From contig CACZJK010000001.1 of NCBI GenBank assembly GCA_902781465.1, positions 142,831-206,830 of the forward strand: a DNA stretch of 64,000 nt. Direction: 5' to 3'. Shown here one piece after another: positions 57,705-64,000 of the stretch (its first letter is position 1; each line of letters begins with the position of its first letter). Under the pieces are notes generated by a model. That model worked only from the letters and a program-made list of their open reading frames with translations, was not told the DNA's origin and ran no database searches. The translations under genes were made by a program, and so were the position numbers. The stretch is from an uncultured Pseudomonadota bacterium. GTDB taxonomy: Bacteria > Pseudomonadota > Alphaproteobacteria > Rs-D84.

Positions 57705-58937
57705 TTGTTGAGGAAGAGAGAGTTGAAAAAAGAAAAATATCTTGCAATAAATAATAATGTAACCGGTTTTTCTTTTGCAAATCTGGGGTTGTTTACAGGC
57801 TTTGCAAATGGAATAGTTAATGCTGTTTATTCATTGGTGTTATTGGGTATTTTCAAATTGTTTTTTAATGAAGAAATGGCATCAGCGGCTGTCGGTGTGT
57901 ATGCGGCGATTTATGCGGCATTTGCGGTTGTTGTTGGAATTTTTTCTGTGGAAATTTTACACTGGTTCACAAAAACCAGATTGCTTTATATAACAATGGC
58001 GGCACTGGGTGCGTGTTATAGTATGATGAGTTTTTCTGTGAAACCATCAACGTTTATCATACTTGATTATGTTGCGAATTTTGCACTGACAATGTTTGGG
58101 ATTTTGTTGCCACTGTTTATGTCTGAATTTTCGCGCGGAATAGGTATGGCAAAACTTAATGCGCGCCGATTGTTGTTGGAAAATATTGGTGCACTTGTTG
58201 CGCCTGTATTTGCGATGACGGTTGTGAATTTCTTTAACGATGATTACAGAATGCCTTTCTTAGCAGCCGGTATGATTTATTTCTTTGGTCTGCTTTTCTT
58301 TAAGCATTTTGGAATTGTCCAACAAGATAAAATTATTAAACCAGTAAAACTTCGGCGGACTGTTCGTGCGTTGCGCATAAATGCAAAATCTTTTTTCAGA
58401 AAACGCGGAATGTTTCGTGCTTATTTGGTGAATTTTGGTTTTTATGCTTTGCGTGCTATGCGATTGTTATATGTTCCGATTGTGGTCATAGAAAACGGTT
58501 TTTCAAATGAAACTTTGGGTATTGTTTTATCAATCGGAATTATTCCGTACATAGTTGTAAATTTATTTATTGGTAAATTGATACAAAAATATGGTGTTCG
58601 TATATGGATGACGATGGGATTTGTATCTTTTGCAGTATTTTCAATAATGGCAATGATGGTAAGTGGTTATGCTTTGTTATCTATATTTATTTTATGGCAA
58701 ATATCTGGCGCCCTGATGGAGGCATCGCACGATTTGCTGTTCTTTAATGATATGCCAAAGCGCGAACAAGCAAAATATTATGGCGTGTTCAGAACGTCTG
58801 TGAATTTCCCAAGTGTTGTTGTTCCGGCGCTGGGGACAGTTGCAATTGCTTTATTTGGTTCGACATCTGCGGTATGGATAATCACTGCAAGCATGGCGCT
58901 TTTGTCAACTTTTGTTTTATGGTTTTGGCATAAATAA
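57705..58937 (+). CDS. MFS-type transporter (12 TM)
   Basis: Twelve hydrophobic segments; MFS-like loop between TM2 and TM3; the true start may be the TTG at about 57723 after a purine-rich RBS. Confidence 0.65.
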   Translation: MLRKRELKKEKYLAINNNVTGFSFANLGLFTGFANGIVNAVYSLVLLGIFKLFFNEEMASAAVGVYAAIYAAFAVVVGIFSVEILHWFTKTRLLYITMAALGACYSMMSFSVKPSTFIILDYVANFALTMFGILLPLFMSEFSRGIGMAKLNARRLLLENIGALVAPVFAMTVVNFFNDDYRMPFLAAGMIYFFGLLFFKHFGIVQQDKIIKPVKLRRTVRALRINAKSFFRKRGMFRAYLVNFGFYALRAMRLLYVPIVVIENGFSNETLGIVLSIGIIPYIVVNLFIGKLIQKYGVRIWMTMGFVSFAVFSIMAMMVSGYALLSIFILWQISGALMEASHDLLFFNDMPKREQAKYYGVFRTSVNFPSVVVPALGTVAIALFGSTSAVWIITASMALLSTFVLWFWHK

Positions 58938-58999
58938 TACCCCTTGCGTTGGGTTGTTTTTCTTAGTATGATTTCGGTATAAAACGAAAGGGGTATTTT

Positions 59000-60070
59000 A
59001 TGGCAAAAAAAGAAGTAGTTAAAGAAGCCGCGCCTGCAAAAAATCCTGCATTAGAATCGGCGTTGGCGCAAATTCAAAAACAGTTTGGTAAAGAAGCTAT
59101 CATGAAAATGGGTGATGGTTCCCAACAAAATATCGAAGCAATTTCTACTGGTTCGTTGGGACTGGATATTGCTTTGGGAATTGGTGGTTATCCAAAGGGA
59201 CGTATTGTTGAAATTTATGGTCCTGAATCTTCGGGTAAAACAACATTGGCGTTGCATGCTGTCGCAGAATCTCAAAAGAAAGGTGGCACATGTGCATATA
59301 TTGATGCAGAAAATGCATTGGATCCAAGTTATGCTAAAAAATTAGGTGTTGATGTTTCTAATTTAATTATATCACAACCTGATTCTGGTGAACAAGCTTT
59401 GGAAATTGCAGATACTCTTATTAAGTCTGGCGCGGTTGATGTTGTTGTAATTGACTCGGTTGCGGCATTGGTGCCAAAGGCCGAATTGGAAGGCAATATC
59501 GGTGATACTTATATGGGGACAACTGCGCGTTTGATGTCCCAATCTTTGAAAAAATTGGCGGGCAGTGTTTCACGCAGTAATACACTTTTGATTTTTATTA
59601 ATCAGATTCGTATGAAAATTGGTGTTATGTTTGGAAGCCCAGAAACAACATCTGGTGGTAACGCGTTAAAGTTCTATGCTTCTGTGCGTTTGGATATTCG
59701 CAGAACTGGCGCAATCAAAGATAAAGAAAATGTTATCGGTAACGAAACACGTGTAAAGGTTGTTAAAAATAAAGTTGCACCACCTTTCCGTACAGTTGAT
59801 TTTAAAATTATGTATGGCGAAGGTATTTCAAGAATAAGTGAAATACTGGATATGGGTGTAAAATATAATTTAATCGAAAAGGCTGGTTCTTTCTATTCTT
59901 ATAACAATGAACGTATTGGCCAAGGTGAAGCAAATGCGCGTCAATGGTTAAAAGATCATGAAGAAGCCCAGAAAGAATTGCTGGATAAAATTATGGCAAA
60001 AGCAAATGGTATTGCCGAAGAAATGACAACTGGGCCAATTGACGACGAAGACGAAGTTTCTGAAGAATAA
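59000..60070 (+). CDS. recA: Recombinase A
   Basis: GPESSGKTT Walker A; L1/L2 loops; acidic C-terminus. Confidence 0.95.
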   Translation: MAKKEVVKEAAPAKNPALESALAQIQKQFGKEAIMKMGDGSQQNIEAISTGSLGLDIALGIGGYPKGRIVEIYGPESSGKTTLALHAVAESQKKGGTCAYIDAENALDPSYAKKLGVDVSNLIISQPDSGEQALEIADTLIKSGAVDVVVIDSVAALVPKAELEGNIGDTYMGTTARLMSQSLKKLAGSVSRSNTLLIFINQIRMKIGVMFGSPETTSGGNALKFYASVRLDIRRTGAIKDKENVIGNETRVKVVKNKVAPPFRTVDFKIMYGEGISRISEILDMGVKYNLIEKAGSFYSYNNERIGQGEANARQWLKDHEEAQKELLDKIMAKANGIAEEMTTGPIDDEDEVSEE

Positions 60071-60084
60071 TCAAGGGGGATATC

Positions 60085-60972
60085 ATGAACATATCACGCG
60101 CATGGGCTTTGACACAAATTGTAGTTCGGGCACATATCTTAAATTGGGTATGGCGCCCACGTGCAGTACGCAGTGCTGTGCGTTGTGATGTGTTTGCTGA
60201 TATTGCAGTTCGTTATTTCAAACGTTATTTACCGGCGGCGACAAAGGTTCAAGAAACGCCAATAGTCAAAGATGACAAGAATGAAAAAATTTGGACTATG
60301 TGGCAACAAGGTGAAGAAAAAGCGCCTGCGTTAATAAAGTCTTGTTTCAAAAGTATTCGAAAACATTGTAGCCAAGAATTGGTTGTTTTGGATGATGATA
60401 ACTTTGAACAATATGTTAATTTGCCAAGTGAAATAGTTGAAAAATATCGTGCTGGTAAAATAAGACGTGCGCATTTTGCAGATATCGTTCGTGTTGAATT
60501 GCTTTATGAGCATGGCGGTATATGGCTTGATTCTACTGCCTTTGTGACAGAACCAATTCCAAAATGGATTATCGATTTAGATTTCTTTGTCTTTATGGTT
60601 GGCAATGTTGGACAAAAGTATTCTTATATGCAAAACTGTTTTATAAGGGCGCGCAAAGGTGCTTATTTATTGGCGGCATGGCGCGCGATGATACTGGACT
60701 ACTGGATGCATGAAAATCACAGTTTTGATTATTTTATGCATCAGTTATTATTCAAAACTTTGGTTGAAAACGATCCACGTGCGATAAAGTATTTTGCTGA
60801 AATGCCACATATAGACCAGGATCCAACACATGCACTTTGGCACGAATATAAACATAAACCATATGATGCAAAATTATTCAAAAAACTGACGAAAGATTCT
60901 TTCTTTCAAAAGTGTGCTTATGCGGATGCGCCATTACCGGGGACATTTGCAGAAGCAATAACAAAAATGTAA
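60085..60972 (+). CDS. Glycosyltransferase with GT32/Caps_synth-type DXD sugar-binding region
   Basis: KIWTMWQQGEE... and AHFADIVRVELLYEHGGIWLDSTAF (GT32 Gly_transf_sug motif); the N-terminal 60 aa may be over-extended. Confidence 0.55.
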   Translation: MNISRAWALTQIVVRAHILNWVWRPRAVRSAVRCDVFADIAVRYFKRYLPAATKVQETPIVKDDKNEKIWTMWQQGEEKAPALIKSCFKSIRKHCSQELVVLDDDNFEQYVNLPSEIVEKYRAGKIRRAHFADIVRVELLYEHGGIWLDSTAFVTEPIPKWIIDLDFFVFMVGNVGQKYSYMQNCFIRARKGAYLLAAWRAMILDYWMHENHSFDYFMHQLLFKTLVENDPRAIKYFAEMPHIDQDPTHALWHEYKHKPYDAKLFKKLTKDSFFQKCAYADAPLPGTFAEAITKM

Positions 60973-60987
60973 AACAAAGGTGCGTAT

Positions 60988-62007
60988 ATGCGACCAAAAA
61001 TATCGATAATAATTCCTATGTGGGGTGTTGAAAAATATTTGCGCAGATGTTTGGACAGTGTTAAAAATCAAACTTTTCAAGATTGGACGGCAATATGTGT
61101 TGATGATGGGTCGCCTGATAAATCTGGGGAAATCGCCGAAGAATACGCAAAACAAGATAAAAGATTTATTGTTGTTCACAAGGAAAATGGTGGTTTATCT
61201 GATGCGCGAAATGCCGGTCTGCCATTTGCCAAAGGTGAATATATAATGTATCTGGACAGTGATGATTTTATTCATCCCCAGACTATGGAAATTGCTTTTG
61301 ATACAGCACAAAAGACAAAATCAGATATTGTATCGTTTACTTATGACAGATTTTACAGACCGCAATTGATGGTGCGTCATGTATTGCATCTTGATACGGA
61401 TAATGTTGTGCCTTTTGGAATCAAGAAAAAATATAATTTGAATAAAATTCCAATGCGTACAACAGATGATGTTTTTGAATTGGCGACGGAACGTGCGCAT
61501 AATAAAACAAATCCAAATCGTAAATGGTTGATTAAACATTGCCAGGTTTGGAAAAATCTGTATAAAAAATCTTTAATCAAAGATACCCCTTTTATCAAAG
61601 GAATTTTGTTCGAAGATTTTCCATGGTGGTCTGCGATTATGTTGAAAAAACCACGAACAACAGTTGTTCCTTTGCCTCTTTATTATTATATACCTAATTT
61701 TGGTGGCATAGTATTAAGTGCAAAACAATTAAAGATTATGAAAAGTTTGTGTACTGGTATAAAAACCGCATATCAATTATATGCAAAAAAAGCAGATTCT
61801 GAACAAATGGCAAAATGGCAATCACAATTTATGTGGTTGTTTGTGAATTGGGCTTTTCGTAAGTTGAAATATTTGAAAACAGATGCTGAATTTGATGAAG
61901 CACGTGCTGAATTTACAGAAATGAACAATATGGGTGTTTTTGATAATGTTCCAAACGAATGGTATGATTTGCGTGAAAATATTTACAAATTCATAGGTGT
62001 AAAATAA
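60988..62007 (+). CDS. Glycosyltransferase family 2 (paralog A)
   Basis: ISIIIPMWGVEKYLRRCLDSVKNQTFQDWTAICVDDGSPD...LDSDD. Confidence 0.85.
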   Translation: MRPKISIIIPMWGVEKYLRRCLDSVKNQTFQDWTAICVDDGSPDKSGEIAEEYAKQDKRFIVVHKENGGLSDARNAGLPFAKGEYIMYLDSDDFIHPQTMEIAFDTAQKTKSDIVSFTYDRFYRPQLMVRHVLHLDTDNVVPFGIKKKYNLNKIPMRTTDDVFELATERAHNKTNPNRKWLIKHCQVWKNLYKKSLIKDTPFIKGILFEDFPWWSAIMLKKPRTTVVPLPLYYYIPNFGGIVLSAKQLKIMKSLCTGIKTAYQLYAKKADSEQMAKWQSQFMWLFVNWAFRKLKYLKTDAEFDEARAEFTEMNNMGVFDNVPNEWYDLRENIYKFIGVK

Positions 62008-62997
62008 ATGAAATCTGTAAAGCCTAAAATATCAATAATAATACCTGTATATAATGTTGAAAAATATTTGCGCAGATGTTTGGACAGTGTTAAAAACCAA
62101 ACTTTTCAAGATTGGACGGCAATATGTGTTGATGATGGATCATCTGATAAATCTGGTAAAATTCTTGATGAATATGCCAAAAAAGATAAGAGGTTTATTG
62201 TTATTCATAAAGAAAATGGCGGTGTGTCAAGCGCGCGTAATGACGCAATGAAAAAGGTAAAAACGCCGTATCTTATGTTTTTAGACAGCGATGATTGTAT
62301 TCATCCGCAGGCTATGGAAATTATTTATAGTTTAATAGAAGAAAACCACGCAGATATAGTTTCTTTTAGATATATTCATGCTGGTTCGTCTATAGATATT
62401 CCTGATTGGTTCAAAACGCGATATAACAAGAAAAATATAAAAGTTAAAATCACAAATAATTTATTAAAATATACTACAAATCGTTATAAAAGCGATAATT
62501 CGTGGTTGGTTCAACAATGTATGATTTGGCAACATATGTACAGATTTGACCTTATTAAATCTGTTCGGTTTGTGTCTGGAATATCGGTTCTTGAAGATTT
62601 TATTTTTTGGTCGAATGTTTTATTTCGTAAACCACGCGCTATTATAACAAAGATACCATTGTATAGTTATACGGAAAATACAACATCTATTTTACATACA
62701 GTAAATTATTATAAAAGTTGTATTGATTTAATCAATGCTGCAAAATTTGCGAATGCTGATTTCAAAAAATTAAATATCTCATGGATAAATCGTCGCAGAT
62801 GGCGCATCAGATTTTTATGGGAAGTTTTAGCGTGTGCTTATATGTATATTAAACACATAGATGATAAAGATTTATTAAAAGATATTCGTAATTCTTTGAT
62901 GAATCTGCAAAAGCATGGTGTATTTGATAATCCGCCTGATTTTCACGCAGTGCGATATAAACGCAGAATTGAAAAATTTATATCCCAGATTTCTTAA
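62008..62997 (+). CDS. Glycosyltransferase family 2 (paralog B, recent tandem duplicate)
   Basis: ISIIIPVYNVEKYLRRCLDSVKNQTFQDWTAICVDDGSSD...LDSDD; about 80 bp of the 5' coding region is nearly identical at DNA level to paralog A. Confidence 0.85.
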   Translation: MKSVKPKISIIIPVYNVEKYLRRCLDSVKNQTFQDWTAICVDDGSSDKSGKILDEYAKKDKRFIVIHKENGGVSSARNDAMKKVKTPYLMFLDSDDCIHPQAMEIIYSLIEENHADIVSFRYIHAGSSIDIPDWFKTRYNKKNIKVKITNNLLKYTTNRYKSDNSWLVQQCMIWQHMYRFDLIKSVRFVSGISVLEDFIFWSNVLFRKPRAIITKIPLYSYTENTTSILHTVNYYKSCIDLINAAKFANADFKKLNISWINRRRWRIRFLWEVLACAYMYIKHIDDKDLLKDIRNSLMNLQKHGVFDNPPDFHAVRYKRRIEKFISQIS

Positions 62998-63817
62998 ATC
63001 TGCTTGGTATTTTTACAACCACTTTTAATCCCAACATTGCCGGTTTGCGCAACGCGTATATTGGACGGATATAAGTTTGTAAAATGCGCGCAATTTGCAA
63101 CCATTTTTCAGATTTTAACTTTGATTTTGTGACAGAATTTATTGTTCCATTACCACGTCTTTTAAGATGTTTTAACCAATCGCTGCCGCGTTTTTTTGCT
63201 TTTTCTTCCAACATGTTCATATCAATTGCCCCAAAATGAAGCAAATATAAATTTTTATCAATATGGAAATTATGGTGACGAATACTGTGAAAACCACTGC
63301 CCCAGGTTATAGGTTTGTTTATAACAACTGGTTTTGTATAACGCGTTGAAAGCAGGGCATATTCACGCTGTTCAAGGAAAGGTGCGGTTTTATCAAGCAT
63401 TGCTTCAAAATATAAATGTTGGCCAATGTCCAGACCAAGTCCTGAAAGTGTTGTGTGTATCTTTTTGTTTGATAAATACTTTGATAATGTTGTGTGCAAT
63501 TTTGGATCAACAATTAAAAATTCATCGCTGTCACATCCAATTACAATATCGTAATCTTTTAATAATTCGTGTGCCAATTCTGATAATTTGTTTATTCTGT
63601 ATTTGTCCCCTGCGGCGCGTGATAATTGTTCGTGTGGTAATTTAGTTATGTGTGCATTGCCGGCATTTTCAGGAGTGCCTTGGTCAATACCGTCCAATAA
63701 AATATATAAATTTTCGGTTCCAAATTGTTTGCCGTAATATGCAATCCAACGGGACAAGAAAAACTCATCGTCGCGTGCCATTGTTATTGCTGCTATCTTT
63801 TTCTGTTTTTTTACCAT
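62978..63817 (-). CDS. Putative glycosyltransferase (GT-A-like, DxD-containing), hypothetical
   Basis: AAITMARDDEFF...ILLDGIDQG...GCDSDEFL; weak family call. Confidence 0.4.
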   Translation of the reverse strand: MVKKQKKIAAITMARDDEFFLSRWIAYYGKQFGTENLYILLDGIDQGTPENAGNAHITKLPHEQLSRAAGDKYRINKLSELAHELLKDYDIVIGCDSDEFLIVDPKLHTTLSKYLSNKKIHTTLSGLGLDIGQHLYFEAMLDKTAPFLEQREYALLSTRYTKPVVINKPITWGSGFHSIRHHNFHIDKNLYLLHFGAIDMNMLEEKAKKRGSDWLKHLKRRGNGTINSVTKSKLKSEKWLQIARILQTYIRPIYALRKPAMLGLKVVVKIPSRFKKSGI

Positions 63818-63823
63818 TTTTTA

Positions 63824-64000
63824 TTTCCATATTTTATTGGTTATATATTTTATGTTTCGTATAAATGTTTTCAAAGAATTAGATTTCAAAAGCCAATTTA
63901 CATATTTTTCACCATATAAACGATTTGCGGTTTTTAAAATAGCCTTGCATGCGGAAGGTTGGCAATGTTTTAATACATATTTAATCTGATTTCCGCATGC
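63824..64000 (-). CDS. C-terminal end of a minus-strand gene that runs off the window edge (partial), probably the same glycan operon
   Basis: Open frame from the window end to TAA at 63821-63823, immediately upstream of the 62978-63817 gene start. Confidence 0.3.

Noticed and set aside
60085-60300. The full 295-aa extent of the GT32-like ORF
   Set aside because: The first roughly 60 aa (RAWALTQIVVRAHILNWVWRPRAVRSAVRC) do not look like protein N-terminus or signal sequence, and the GT32 domain begins near KIWTMWQQG. I kept the ORF coordinates but flagged the start as probably over-extended.

Overview
This is an AT-rich (about 35-38% GC) Gram-negative chromosome segment of roughly 60 genes. 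Housekeeping genes are dense: gyrB, ung, aspS, uvrB, tsaE, ftsQ, an ftsA-like gene fused in frame to rpe, lolC/lolD, rsmI, engB, an alphaproteobacterial-type addB, xthA, yebC, ruvA, mnmE, secB, mltA, ruvC and recA. There are four tRNAs (tRNA-CAU Met/Ile2, Thr-GGU, Tyr-GUA, Gly-UCC). The first 3.7 kb is the tail of a type IVb-pilus-like operon (GspE-family ATPase plus GspF-family platform). The most unusual region is a 13.5-kb island (9.1-22.7 kb) between the tRNA-CAU and tRNA-Thr genes. It carries two divergent surface-polysaccharide operons (glycosyltransferases, epimerases, an acetyltransferase, and a LicA/LicC-like kinase plus cytidylyltransferase-HAD pair). These are bracketed at both ends by phage tail-fibre-like genes. 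One has a T7-gp17-type N-terminal domain; the other has a HylP/tail-fibre N-motif with a translationally coupled small gene. Between the two glycan operons sits a 737-bp segment flanked by 21-bp perfect inverted repeats with hix/gix-like half-sites. The segment contains a Hin/Gin-type serine invertase gene and an outward-facing near-consensus promoter. I read this as a candidate invertible promoter (phase-variation) switch between the two glycan operons. In this sequence the invertase is frameshifted by an 11-bp tandem duplication that removes its DNA-binding helix-turn-helix. Other points of interest: two riboswitch-like structured 5' leaders with terminator/antiterminator logic (upstream of secreted Listeria-Bacteroides-repeat proteins and of a 124-aa ORF); three tandem paralogous ANL adenylate-forming enzymes; a second glycosyltransferase cluster after recA with recently duplicated GT2 genes; an ftsA-rpe in-frame fusion with no ftsZ behind ftsA; duplicated tRNA 3'-end fragments (att-like scars) next to two tRNA genes; and a recurring family of near-identical terminator hairpins. 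No CRISPR array, rRNA or classical transposase was seen.
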